A stretch of 64,000 nt of DNA from an uncultured Pseudomonadota bacterium (GTDB lineage: Bacteria; Babelota; Babeliae; Babelales; CAIQNR01), in assembly GCA_964606885.1 (NCBI GenBank), contig CAZSHB010000003.1, forward strand, positions 8,539 through 72,538, read 5' to 3'. Below are positions 8,185 through 18,212 of the stretch, in pieces. The notes beneath the pieces are model-generated. The model did not search any database. It worked only from the letters and a program-made list of their open reading frames with translations, and was not told the DNA's origin. The position numbers and the translations under genes were made by a program. The stretch's first letter is position 1, and every line of letters starts with the position of its first letter.

Positions 8185-9840
8185 ATGATAAGAAGAAAAT
8201 TATTTTTTATCGTTTGGAGCATGCTTTTATTGGGGCTATGCCAACCGAGCAATGCCATGAGCGATATGGACGAAGATATTTTAAGTGGCCTTTTCTATCA
8301 AGATAATGATATGGAACTGCCAACTGGTCTTGATGCTAACGTTATCACCAGAGCTGGTGGCGGGGCAACTAGCGTTCCTTTTTTAACCAGTCTTGGACTA
8401 CAAGATCTCTTAAAAACACCACTCTATCTACGTACCAACCCGATTATGCGCGTACCGCTGCTCGATTTGCCTATGTTCCAAAAATTTGTGAACTATCATA
8501 AACCGGGCAATCAATTTGAAATTTTCCCTTTCTACACACAAACGTACGAAGAAAACTTTTACAAAAATCATACCCATATCGACTCTTATATAGACTTAAG
8601 AAATCCTAATTTTATGAGCACTCTTGACGCTGCAGTAACTCCTCTTGGTCTTGATATAAACATCCCACAAATCTTACCCCTTTTTTACAACCTCAAACTA
8701 CAAGAACGCCGTACTGGCTTCATGCCTCAATACATTAAGAATTTTGATACCTGGTCATTCTTGGTGCGCGTACCTGTGTATTACCAAGAACACAACTTGT
8801 ACTTAACGCCTGAAGAACAAGAAGCAATTAATAACAACCCACTTTTCCAACAATCTGCAGGCGAAGATTATATGCAATTCGCTCGCCAACATCTTATTTG
8901 CGATGCATTAGGAGTAGGCGATACACGTTTGATGTTTGAATTCTTTGTGTACGACCATCCGACCTACCAGTGGGGTTGTGGTCTTAGGTTAACACTTCCT
9001 ACAGGGTTCACTTTCAAAAAAGGCTTGTACGGTTCTGCATTTCCAAAAGATAAAGCTGCACCAAATCTTGATATCAGTGATATCGTCACTACTGAATTTC
9101 TTGAAACGGGACAACTCACTTCCCAACAAACCCAAGAAGTGGTGAACTTTAGCGAATCTGTTTTGGATAGACTCTCTACCATTTTACTTAATCAACCTAT
9201 GGGTAATGGACATCATCTAGGTATTGGTATTTTCTCTCATGCGCATATGCGTTTCTCTTCTTGGATATCACTTGGCAGTCTTACCCAGATTGAAATTTTA
9301 ATGCCATGCGGCACCAGCAGGTTCTTTTATCTTGGTCCTGATATAGCTGCCTATAACGCATTTGACTGGAGTGAGGCTGGTCAAAACACACAAATTCCTG
9401 AAAAATTAAAATACTTTAATACACAACTTCAAAAGAAATTTTTCCCTCCACTCTATTCATGCATGGTGTTTCCAGGTTTAATTTTACAAAATACCACTGC
9501 CCTTCTTTTTGAAGGTGAATTCTGGAATAAGACTATCGGTTCCGATTTATGGTTCCAAACCCCAGAACATGTATGGGACGTACAAGTACCTGCACAAGCA
9601 GCACCGTTCCTGGATGTTGATAAATCAAAAATGGGTGGCGGATACCAAGCAAAAATATGGGGTTCTCTAGAACGTAACGCCAAAGTTCAATCGTATTGGA
9701 TAAGAAACGAGGACGAAACACGCACACGACTCATGGAACTTTCTCCTTGGACTTTTGGTCTACGGGGCGAAGTTGCTTCCAACAGTTATACCGTAGGTGG
9801 GGATTGGGGCATTTCTGTGTACATAAAAAATGAATTTTAA
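8185..9840 (+). CDS. putative outer-membrane beta-barrel protein
   Basis: Signal peptide 'MIRRKLFFIVWSMLLLGLCQPSNA', aromatic-rich sequence with alternating hydrophobic residues, and the C-terminus 'WGISVYIKNEF' ending in Phe (OMP beta-signal-like). No family recognised. Confidence 0.5.
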   Translation: MIRRKLFFIVWSMLLLGLCQPSNAMSDMDEDILSGLFYQDNDMELPTGLDANVITRAGGGATSVPFLTSLGLQDLLKTPLYLRTNPIMRVPLLDLPMFQKFVNYHKPGNQFEIFPFYTQTYEENFYKNHTHIDSYIDLRNPNFMSTLDAAVTPLGLDINIPQILPLFYNLKLQERRTGFMPQYIKNFDTWSFLVRVPVYYQEHNLYLTPEEQEAINNNPLFQQSAGEDYMQFARQHLICDALGVGDTRLMFEFFVYDHPTYQWGCGLRLTLPTGFTFKKGLYGSAFPKDKAAPNLDISDIVTTEFLETGQLTSQQTQEVVNFSESVLDRLSTILLNQPMGNGHHLGIGIFSHAHMRFSSWISLGSLTQIEILMPCGTSRFFYLGPDIAAYNAFDWSEAGQNTQIPEKLKYFNTQLQKKFFPPLYSCMVFPGLILQNTTALLFEGEFWNKTIGSDLWFQTPEHVWDVQVPAQAAPFLDVDKSKMGGGYQAKIWGSLERNAKVQSYWIRNEDETRTRLMELSPWTFGLRGEVASNSYTVGGDWGISVYIKNEF

Positions 9841-9854
9841 AAAGGACTCTTTTT

Positions 9855-10559
9855 ATGAAAATGATACAACGTTATTTCTCTCTTATTTTGTTAACTCCAT
9901 GTGTAACACAAGCTGCCGCTGCTCAAGCAGTCAAACAAGTTGGCACTCATGCCGCTAAAGCAGCACATCATCGCACCAAAACACTTATTGTAACGCCACT
10001 CTTAAAGCTTATTGACGGCATTCCCGGCATCATGGATGCAAGCACCTTTAAAGACTGCTACAACACCTGGAGCTTTATTAAAACTCTTCAAAGCAAAGCA
10101 CAACATTTTAAATTCCAAGGTGCTTTAGTGTCACTCCAAGACTTAGTAAAGTTTGAAGTTAAGCATAAAAATATTGATAAAGAATCTGCCGAGTGGAAAG
10201 AGTTTTTAGATGTTAAAAAACAGTTTGTTGATCTATTTAAGCAAGAAACTATTGAAAAGAAAAAAAGCGTAGAATCATCATCTGCTAAAGAAGCAACTAA
10301 GAAAATTGTCGATCTATGGCTTACCACACAACCAGATAATCAAAGCACCACCTCTCTCTTAAAAAATTGGGGAACGCCAGAAGAAGAAACTGCGTTGTAC
10401 AACGCTAGTGCTATGGAACTATATAAGTTCATGAATGATCTATGTCACTTTTTAGAAGACTTTATGTACAGCTGCCCAAAAGCGCGCGCCGACTTTGAAT
10501 CCTACTTAAAGGACGAAAAAGAACGAGCAGCTTTTGAGAAGTTCTTTAACCACAATTAA
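9855..10559 (+). CDS. hypothetical secreted protein
   Basis: Signal peptide 'MKMIQRYFSLILLTPCVTQA' and a Lys/Glu-rich helical body. It starts 15 nt after the putative OMP gene. Confidence 0.5.
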   Translation: MKMIQRYFSLILLTPCVTQAAAAQAVKQVGTHAAKAAHHRTKTLIVTPLLKLIDGIPGIMDASTFKDCYNTWSFIKTLQSKAQHFKFQGALVSLQDLVKFEVKHKNIDKESAEWKEFLDVKKQFVDLFKQETIEKKKSVESSSAKEATKKIVDLWLTTQPDNQSTTSLLKNWGTPEEETALYNASAMELYKFMNDLCHFLEDFMYSCPKARADFESYLKDEKERAAFEKFFNHN

Positions 10560-10567
10560 GAAGATAT

Positions 10568-12742
10568 ATGGAAACAGTAGCCGGCGTCGTTGAACGCTTT
10601 TTATTTCAGAATCAAGAAAACGGCTACGCAGTTTTTGTATTAACTATCAAAAAAGACGTAACGGTTGTGGTGTGCGGATCACTCCCCCCACTACGACCAG
10701 GCGAACAAGTTGAACTACAGGGTGCATGGTCTATGCACCCTACGTTTGGCAAACAGTTCCAAGCAGAATCCTGCAAAATCGAATTACCAACCAGTATTGG
10801 CGGTCTACAAAAATATCTCAGCTCCGGCCTAATTAAAGGCATCGGTCCTGCATACGCAAAAAAATTAGTCGACTATTTTGGTACAGCAGTACTCACCGTT
10901 ATTGACGAAGAACCAGAACGCCTTAAAGAAGTTCCTGGTGTGGGCGTCAAACGTATTGCAGAAATCACCAACGCATGGAAGGACCAGCGAGATATCGCTA
11001 AGATCATGGTCTTCTTGCAAGAGAAAGGCGCGTCTACTGCCTACGCAGTTAAAATTTATAAAAAATATGGGCAGAACAGTATTGCGTATATGACAGAAAA
11101 TCCGTACCGCATCGCTCAAGAAATATGGGGCATCGGTTTTAAAATTGCGGATCAAATAGCTCAAAATTTAGGATTTGAACGCACATCTGCCAAACGTATA
11201 AAGGCGGGCATCTTATACGCACTGACCAAACATATTGGCACAGGCAGCATCTATAGCAATGTAGAAGATCTTAAAAAACTAACGCTTGAACTATTAGAAC
11301 TCACTAACGATGACGTACAACAAGTGCTCAAAACTGCACTGCACGATCTGTATAACGAAGAAAAAATTAAGCTAATTACTTACCAAGAACAACATTTTGT
11401 ATGCCTTGCACAGTACTACTTTACAGAAAAAAGTATTGCGCAAAAGTTACTCACACTCCTGCAAACGCCAACAACAAAAACGTTTGACACTCATGCTATC
11501 TATCAAGAGTTACGTGCACCTAGTGCAGGGACACTTGCTCTTAACGAGCTGCAACAGACGGGCATCATGAGCTGTTTAACTAACAAAGTATCTATTATTA
11601 CCGGTGGTCCTGGTACAGGTAAAACAACTCTGATTAAACAACTGTTAAAAATTTTAGACGCTAACAACAGAGTCTATAAGTTAACTGCTCCCACCGGTAG
11701 AGCAGCAAAACGTATTACCGAAAGTACCGGTAAATATGCTGTGACACTCCATAGACTGTTAGAGTTTAACGCGCAAACCATGGGCTTTACCCATAACGAA
11801 CAAAACGCACTCAAGCTCGATTATCTCATTGTGGACGAATCATCCATGATTGATGTTTTTTTAGCACACGCACTACTGAAAGCAGTACCGTTAACAGCGC
11901 ATGTTATTTTTATTGGGGATATTGATCAGCTGCCTTCAGTTGGAGCTGGCAACTTTTTACACGACTGTATTGCAAGCGGCAAAATACCTACTACCAAACT
12001 AAATTTTATTTTTAGACAAGCGCACAACAGTTTGATTGCGTACAACGCACACCAAATTAATACGGGGCAATTTCCTAGCTCAAGCGCGCCAGATACATTT
12101 AAAGATTACTATTTTATTAAAGAAGATAATCCGGAAATGTTGCCGGTACACATTAAAAAAATTATCCATGTCACGCTACCACGCATGAACCTCAAACCTG
12201 AACAGGCCATTATCTTAACACCCATGAACAAAGGTTCTGCAGGCACACAGCATCTTAATAGTGTGCTCCAAGACTTACGTAACCCGGGCACCAATCAGCC
12301 ACAATTAAAACGTATGTTCTCTACGTTCAAGTTAGACGACCCGGTCATGCAATTACGCAACAATTACGATAAACATGTCTTTAACGGCGATATTGGTACC
12401 ATCAGTGCAATTAACCATGAAGACAAAGAACTGACCGTTACGTATGCAGAAAAAGAAGTAACGTACGATTTTGTAGAACTAGACGAACTGGTACTTGCAT
12501 ATGCAGTCTCGATTCATAAAAGCCAAGGTTCAGAATTTGATGCAGTTATTATCCCGCTCTTTATGCAACACTTTACGCTCCTACAAAGAAATTTAGTGTA
12601 TACTGCTTTAACAAGAGCAAAAAAACTCTGTATCCTTATAGGCCAACCACGGGCTATTGCTATGGCAATTAAAAACACCAAGGGTAACGAGAGAACAACA
12701 TTTTTATCCGCATTTTTAACTACTGATCTAATATGCCGCTAA
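10568..12742 (+). CDS. recD2: RecD2/YrrC-type ATP-dependent DNA helicase (SF1B)
   Basis: HhH motifs 'GIGPAYAKKLVDYFG' and 'VPGVGVKRIAEI', Walker A 'GGPGTGKTT', 'LTAPTGRAAKR', 'LIVDESSMIDV', 'GDIDQLPSVGAGN', 'YAVSIHKSQGSEF' and 'VYTALTRAKK'. Confidence 0.9.
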   Translation: METVAGVVERFLFQNQENGYAVFVLTIKKDVTVVVCGSLPPLRPGEQVELQGAWSMHPTFGKQFQAESCKIELPTSIGGLQKYLSSGLIKGIGPAYAKKLVDYFGTAVLTVIDEEPERLKEVPGVGVKRIAEITNAWKDQRDIAKIMVFLQEKGASTAYAVKIYKKYGQNSIAYMTENPYRIAQEIWGIGFKIADQIAQNLGFERTSAKRIKAGILYALTKHIGTGSIYSNVEDLKKLTLELLELTNDDVQQVLKTALHDLYNEEKIKLITYQEQHFVCLAQYYFTEKSIAQKLLTLLQTPTTKTFDTHAIYQELRAPSAGTLALNELQQTGIMSCLTNKVSIITGGPGTGKTTLIKQLLKILDANNRVYKLTAPTGRAAKRITESTGKYAVTLHRLLEFNAQTMGFTHNEQNALKLDYLIVDESSMIDVFLAHALLKAVPLTAHVIFIGDIDQLPSVGAGNFLHDCIASGKIPTTKLNFIFRQAHNSLIAYNAHQINTGQFPSSSAPDTFKDYYFIKEDNPEMLPVHIKKIIHVTLPRMNLKPEQAIILTPMNKGSAGTQHLNSVLQDLRNPGTNQPQLKRMFSTFKLDDPVMQLRNNYDKHVFNGDIGTISAINHEDKELTVTYAEKEVTYDFVELDELVLAYAVSIHKSQGSEFDAVIIPLFMQHFTLLQRNLVYTALTRAKKLCILIGQPRAIAMAIKNTKGNERTTFLSAFLTTDLICR

Positions 12743-13404
12743 TATTTTTATTATTGCTTCTTGTAGTACAAACCTCACTTTCTAGCAACACGTTTAAGCA
12801 ACCCTTTACTATCATGCTTGACGGTGCAGGCGATGCACACCATGCGGGCAGAACGCTTGCTGGTGACTATTTAGAACGAGGACTTACTATGCAGTTAGCA
12901 CAAGGAATAAAACACAAACTAGAACAAACGTATGATGGTCTACGTGTTGTTCTTGCAAGAACTCCTGGAGAATCAGCAACACACATCCAAAGGGCAACCT
13001 TTGCAAACAGAATTGCGGATCTGTATATCAGCATCAGCCTATACCCACAAACAACTAAGCCAACTATCGATTGCTACTATTTTTGCCTTGAGCCTCGTGC
13101 ACTACCTATTGCCCCAACAAACAATTTACAATTAACACCATTAACACAAGTACATCTACCAACAACACCGGCATCTCAAGCGTCTGCTCAAGCTTTTTAT
13201 ACAGAACTTAAAAACATCGTCACCAACACCATGATTGTACACATGCCAACCGGCATTCCCTGTGCACCTCTTAAAGGTATTGCGTGCCCTGCATTTGCAC
13301 TAGAAGCATCAATTAAACATGCGCATGATATCCCCATGTTGGTGAATATACTCAGCTCAGCACTCACAAAAAGTATCGATTATCATATCAGGAACCAATC
13401 ATGA
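12733..13404 (+). CDS. Amidase_3 (AmiC/LytC)-like protein, possibly catalytically degenerate
   Basis: Signal peptide present. 'IMLDGAGDAHHAGR...ERGLTMQLAQ...VVLARTPGE...RATFANRIADLYISIS' aligns by eye to the N-acetylmuramoyl-L-alanine amidase core (xxDPGHGG...E...R...AN..ADxFxSIH). GHGG and SIH are not conserved. Confidence 0.5.
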   Translation: MPLIFLLLLLVVQTSLSSNTFKQPFTIMLDGAGDAHHAGRTLAGDYLERGLTMQLAQGIKHKLEQTYDGLRVVLARTPGESATHIQRATFANRIADLYISISLYPQTTKPTIDCYYFCLEPRALPIAPTNNLQLTPLTQVHLPTTPASQASAQAFYTELKNIVTNTMIVHMPTGIPCAPLKGIACPAFALEASIKHAHDIPMLVNILSSALTKSIDYHIRNQS

Positions 13405-13946
13405 CACTCGCACAACGCTGGTTAACACTTATTGCCGCTTTAGCCATGAGTGCAGGATTTGTGTATTTCTTAGTGCATACCAACATACTCATTATTGCAC
13501 CGTACCACAGCTCATATACGCCAGCGCTTGTAACGGCAGCAACCAAGAAAAACAGCACACTCTTTTTTTATAAACAGGATGCTTGGCACCAAGAAGTAGT
13601 ACCGCTACTGTTGCCCGATCAACAGGCGGACGCGCTCAGCTGTATAGCTAATCGATGGCTTGTGCTTGCAACAGAAGAAGAACTCATGAATAAAAAAGTT
13701 CGCGTAGAGCATGCTTTTATTACCCAAGATGGTAGTGGCTATCTTTCATGCGATCAGTGCCTGTTTGAATCCGCACAATCAACTCGAGAAAAATTCTTTC
13801 TTATTCAAGGGCTGATACGCTCTATCAAAGCTGCTGGAATATCTCTTAAAGGCATTTACTTTTTAGTACAGAACAAACCTATGGCCGATTATCATCTTGA
13901 TTTTTCAGTGCCTTGGTCATGCGAACCGTACAACGTCAACAACTAA
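13401..13946 (+). CDS. hypothetical membrane-anchored protein
   Basis: 181 aa with one N-terminal TM 'LTLIAALAMSAGFVYFLV'. A 4-nt overlap with the amidase-like gene suggests co-translation. No family recognised. Confidence 0.45.
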   Translation: MTLAQRWLTLIAALAMSAGFVYFLVHTNILIIAPYHSSYTPALVTAATKKNSTLFFYKQDAWHQEVVPLLLPDQQADALSCIANRWLVLATEEELMNKKVRVEHAFITQDGSGYLSCDQCLFESAQSTREKFFLIQGLIRSIKAAGISLKGIYFLVQNKPMADYHLDFSVPWSCEPYNVNN

Positions 13947-13947
13947 C

Positions 13948-16900
13948 CTACGACTCATCGCTAAAGCCGCGTGGCGAGCCATCATCATCCTTAGAGAACT
14001 TATCTTGTAAGCGCTGTTGATCATGATTACCATGAGGTGCAGAATAGTAATGGCGTTCTTCTTGAGCCATACGCACCACACGCACGGGAAAGGCAACACT
14101 GATATCGTTAAGCTTTAAGAATTTACTAATTGCGCGGCGCACGTCACTCGCAATATCCCACTGATCAAGCGTCTTTTCTGAACTAATAAAGCCACGTACT
14201 AAAAAGACAAACCCTGAAGGCCCAAACTCTTCTAAACGAACCACAGGCGCAGGCATTTTTAACACGTTAGGCACACTATTGAGCGCTTGCTTTAGAACAT
14301 CAACCGTTTTTTCTGGGTCATCCGCATACCGAATGCCAATCATAATATCAGGGAAGGTAATGTACCCAGCAGTGTAATCCCAGTTTAAAATCGTATCACG
14401 CATAAAACGAGAGTTAGGAATAATCAAGCTGTAACTTCTTTTTCTACGGAGCACCACAGTACGCGGAGTAATTTTACGCACCACACCTTTTACTTCATCA
14501 TCAAGCATAATGTAATCGCCCACTTTTAATGGTCGGTTTACAAGCAAAATAAAGTAACCCACAAAGTCGTTAAAAATATCCCGTAATGCCCACGCAATAC
14601 CCAAAACCAACGGCGTTACGTAATAGGCAATTAAGAATCCAAATCCTTGATGCCACAGACCAAGCGTAATCACCGAGATCACTACCAAGTAATACGAAAT
14701 AGTAGAAACCGCATTGTGCACACCAGGGTCAACCAAGAGCACTGCATAAATTCTAAATAACAGATATTTATCAACCAAATACGCAATAAAGAAACTAAGT
14801 GGTATGACCGCAATAGTTGCTGCAAGATCTACCAAACTCAGCTTTTGATACTGACCATCTTTTAAACCAATAACCAAACGTTTAAGTGTAAGATAATCAT
14901 ACATGGTTGCTATATGAATCGGTCTATTCCAGAACCAGCTTATTAACCCAATTGCTAAAATCACACAGATAAACATCAAGAAGATAACTGATACACCGTA
15001 CCATGTTTTAGCTGAAGAAAAACGGGCTTGTAGTGATTCGCCATCGGAAGAGAAGAAGAACATAGCAACAAGGCGACGTGCAAAACCATAAAACATATAC
15101 AGCAAGCGAGCAACCACAATTGTACCCAGCGTGCCCCAAAGAATATAAGAAACTAAATTGTTATAGCCACCAATGTGCGAATCTGTCAGCGCCATAAGCA
15201 ACACAACAAAACTGAGTAGTGCATAATAATAGTTGTTTACTAAGTGCCATACCCAGTTACCCCATGTTGAGCGCGTAGGAATAATGCTGAGTAAATCTTC
15301 TTTTCTAATAAGTGCTAATAGCAGTACACGAATAATAATTGAGTACACGGCAAGCAAAATATTTGGCAGTTCAGACTTGGTGTATAGTCCAAGCATAAGT
15401 GCTTCGCGCAAAGACAGGAGCACAATGGTTGAGTACAAAAGCCAATTAAAGACGGTAAAAAAGCGATCTTCAAAACTCTCTGTTAACAACAAGAACTGCT
15501 CTTTTTGATTATATGTTTGCAACGCAAAGCTGAGTTTTTTTGCCATATAGAGCAAGTACGGTATGGACGCTATAAAAAAGATAATACTTGGCAAATAAAG
15601 TTCTGCCGCACTGGTTGACCCAAAATGCCAAAAGAGTACCGACCAGATAAACAGACTGAGTAAATGTTCTGATGCAAACGTACAAAGTACATACGCAATT
15701 CTACTGGTGTAAAAAGCACCCTTGTATTCTTGAGCAATACGCAACAGCACGTTAGCAAACGATGGTAAATAAGAACGTATCACAAAGTAAGCAAGAATCA
15801 CGCCTAACAGCTGTGCCAAGAGTAATGCTAATGCAAAAGGACTTGCAAAGAAGTTTGCCAATCGGTACGACAACCAACCAGAAAGGAGCGATTGAATATA
15901 AGCCTGAATGCTTGTTTTTAAATCGAGTACAAAAATCTGGATGTCCGGAATAATATTGCGAATACCTTCAAGCGAAAGCGCTCCGCCTGCACGGTGCCAC
16001 AAACTGACACGGCTCAGTTCACTTGTAATACCTTCTGACTGTTTGAGCGTTGTACTGATGGTTACCACTACCTGTGAGTAACTTTCTATCAGTTTACCTG
16101 TGATATCTGTTTGACGATTAATCATCCCTTGTGCACGTTCTAAAAACGTTATTGTTTGCATATACAACTGATCTTGGCGTGCAAAGAGGTGCGTACGCTT
16201 AGTACGTATCTGCTCAAGGCGTTCTTTAATTTGATTGAACGCTCTATTTTGCACACTGAGCCTACTGGTTGCGGCAGTACGCTTATCTTCAAACAATGTT
16301 TTTTCGCGCATCAACTCAAATGCTTGCTCTTGATATTTCTTGATCTCGCCTTGCAAGCTTTCCGTATTTTTAAACAATTGCTGCTTAAGTTTGTACCATG
16401 TTTGTACTACTGCGTAGGTCAATTCTTTTTCTTTTAATTTAAACTTAGCAACTTCAATTTGGGCTCTATACAGTTCAACTTCTCGTTCTGCTGCCGCAAT
16501 CTGTTCTGTGATAAAACCTACTTGCACAGTCAGCGCATACGCTTCTCCCGTGGTTGGTTCAATCGTCCAATCTCGAACAGCAGAAACTTCTCCCTCTTTA
16601 GTGCCACGGATAGCATCAAGAGACGCAAGTTCTTTTTTAAGATCATCCATATAAGCAGTAACAATGTCGATTTTTTGTACATACCGATCAGTTACGGCAA
16701 TAACGAGCTGCTGCTCTTTTTTAACATCTTCTTGAGCAGCCTGCACATCTTTTTTATCTACTCTAAAAGAAACACGGACAATTAAATCCCGCTCCTGAGT
16801 AAGTAATACACGCTTTTTTTCTTCTACAGAAAGACGCTCTGTCACGAGTACTAAGCGCGCTTCTTGCTCCTGAATACGCACTTGTAACAGTTGGCGTTCA

Positions 16901-17598
16901 TACTCTGCTAAGCGCACTTGGATATCTAAGAGCTCACTTTGCGTATGTACATCACCCTCAGCATGCGCGCTCACTTTACCAAAATCGGTTTGCTCTTTAA
17001 CTTTTTCTTGGTGCACTTTTTCTGCTTGTACCAGCTTTTTTTGTAAACTTGCTAAGTCCGTTTTAACTTCTGCAAGTTCCGATTTAAGTGTACGTACTTT
17101 ATCTTCTTGTATGCCCACTTTATAACTAAGCGATTGCAATTCCTGAAAATCGTACAACGCTTTTTTATCTGGCAATAAGCCTTCAAATTGCGGATCTCTG
17201 ACATATCCTTCAAGCAGAGCAACTGCTTCTTTATAAATACTTATGAGTTCTTTATGAGCTGTTTTAATAGTTGTTAGAATTTGTACTGATGCTTTAGCAA
17301 GTAATAATAATTGCGGCACCAACGAGTTAGCTTCTTGAGGAGGCAACTGCTCATACGTCATCACTTGTTGTTTTGCTTTATCAAAACGCATTTGCATGTC
17401 TTGCATAAACGCGTCTTCATTTTTTTGTAAATCAAGTAATTTTGCTTTAAGACTGGCTAACTCTTCTTCTTTCTTATCGCCTACCCTGATGCGTAGTTCG
17501 CCTTGGTTTTTATTACCTATAAACCCGTCTAAAAAGCTTGATGCGTCAAGCTGCAGTGCGCTACCAGAGAGGAGTAATAACCATACTAAATTTTTCAT
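13948..17598 (-). CDS. MscK/KefA-like mechanosensitive channel with a long N-terminal coiled-coil domain
   Basis: Signal peptide at the internal Met 'MKNLVWLLLLSGSALQ' (ATGA overlap with the upstream gene), then about 500 aa of coiled coil and multiple TMs. The C-terminal MscS core is 'LVNRPLKVGDYIMLDDEVKGVVRKITPRTVVLRRKRSYSLIIPNSRFMRDTILNW'. Confidence 0.85.
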   Translation of the reverse strand: MKNLVWLLLLSGSALQLDASSFLDGFIGNKNQGELRIRVGDKKEEELASLKAKLLDLQKNEDAFMQDMQMRFDKAKQQVMTYEQLPPQEANSLVPQLLLLAKASVQILTTIKTAHKELISIYKEAVALLEGYVRDPQFEGLLPDKKALYDFQELQSLSYKVGIQEDKVRTLKSELAEVKTDLASLQKKLVQAEKVHQEKVKEQTDFGKVSAHAEGDVHTQSELLDIQVRLAEYERQLLQVRIQEQEARLVLVTERLSVEEKKRVLLTQERDLIVRVSFRVDKKDVQAAQEDVKKEQQLVIAVTDRYVQKIDIVTAYMDDLKKELASLDAIRGTKEGEVSAVRDWTIEPTTGEAYALTVQVGFITEQIAAAEREVELYRAQIEVAKFKLKEKELTYAVVQTWYKLKQQLFKNTESLQGEIKKYQEQAFELMREKTLFEDKRTAATSRLSVQNRAFNQIKERLEQIRTKRTHLFARQDQLYMQTITFLERAQGMINRQTDITGKLIESYSQVVVTISTTLKQSEGITSELSRVSLWHRAGGALSLEGIRNIIPDIQIFVLDLKTSIQAYIQSLLSGWLSYRLANFFASPFALALLLAQLLGVILAYFVIRSYLPSFANVLLRIAQEYKGAFYTSRIAYVLCTFASEHLLSLFIWSVLFWHFGSTSAAELYLPSIIFFIASIPYLLYMAKKLSFALQTYNQKEQFLLLTESFEDRFFTVFNWLLYSTIVLLSLREALMLGLYTKSELPNILLAVYSIIIRVLLLALIRKEDLLSIIPTRSTWGNWVWHLVNNYYYALLSFVVLLMALTDSHIGGYNNLVSYILWGTLGTIVVARLLYMFYGFARRLVAMFFFSSDGESLQARFSSAKTWYGVSVIFLMFICVILAIGLISWFWNRPIHIATMYDYLTLKRLVIGLKDGQYQKLSLVDLAATIAVIPLSFFIAYLVDKYLLFRIYAVLLVDPGVHNAVSTISYYLVVISVITLGLWHQGFGFLIAYYVTPLVLGIAWALRDIFNDFVGYFILLVNRPLKVGDYIMLDDEVKGVVRKITPRTVVLRRKRSYSLIIPNSRFMRDTILNWDYTAGYITFPDIMIGIRYADDPEKTVDVLKQALNSVPNVLKMPAPVVRLEEFGPSGFVFLVRGFISSEKTLDQWDIASDVRRAISKFLKLNDISVAFPVRVVRMAQEERHYYSAPHGNHDQQRLQDKFSKDDDGSPRGFSDES

Positions 17599-18203
17599 AG
17601 ATTTGTGCTCTTTACTAACAGTGGCAATGCTTTGCACCATTTACCTTGCGGGTATGCTGTTAAGCACCACACTAACCACTTATGTACTAGTTCTTCGTTG
17701 GGTAACTCTAAGAAAAGGTCCTTTAGTTTGTCAACAGGCGCATACAGAAATGCATGGTGTTCATCATCTAAAAATTCCTTGTCTGGATACAAGCCTAGCA
17801 AGGCAAACAAAAGACACACTATTTTTTTTTGTTCTATACCCGAAGTAAATGCATTGAGATTTGCAAGAATATCAACAACATACCTGCACGCATCGCCCGC
17901 TTGTGTTCCTAGCGGAATGTAATGGTAGCACACTTCAATAAGCGCATGGAGCAGATAAATAGACTGTGCATGATACAAAGAAGGATGCCGTTCTATTTCT
18001 AATCTATCAACACGACTATAATCATACCGCGCTTCATACACATGGTACGATACTATCGATCCAACCAAACCTGTTGCATATCTTTTATGGTCATAAAACA
18101 GCTTTTCAGTTCTTCCATGACCAATACTAAGCACTGATAACAGATTAGATCGTTGGCGCAAAACAATAGCTACATCCCGTACATGATCTTTTTCATCGTG
18201 CAT
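17595..18203 (-). CDS. possible DNA repair protein RecO
   Basis: 202 aa. The N-terminal pattern 'DVAIVLRQRSNLLSVLSIGHGRTEKLF' and the central 'LYHAQSIYLLHALIEVCYHYIP' and 'LLFALLGLYP' resemble the RecO OB-fold plus helical region by eye. Weak call. Confidence 0.35.
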   Translation of the reverse strand: MHDEKDHVRDVAIVLRQRSNLLSVLSIGHGRTEKLFYDHKRYATGLVGSIVSYHVYEARYDYSRVDRLEIERHPSLYHAQSIYLLHALIEVCYHYIPLGTQAGDACRYVVDILANLNAFTSGIEQKKIVCLLFALLGLYPDKEFLDDEHHAFLYAPVDKLKDLFLELPNEELVHKWLVWCLTAYPQGKWCKALPLLVKSTNL

Positions 18204-18212
18204 GTGTCTTGC

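Noticed and set aside
8064-8306. ORFs 8064..8258(-) and 8106..8306(+) between the kinase gene and the OMP-like gene
   Set aside because: They overlap each other and the signal-peptide-encoding start of 8185..9840. They are low-complexity Lys/Ile-rich translations of an AT-rich promoter region.
15233-17922. Series of plus-strand ORFs (15233..15508, 15762..15953, 16156..16437, 16459..16785, 17396..17848, 17605..17922)
   Set aside because: All are antisense to the mscK-like gene or the RecO-like gene. They are low-complexity shadow frames.
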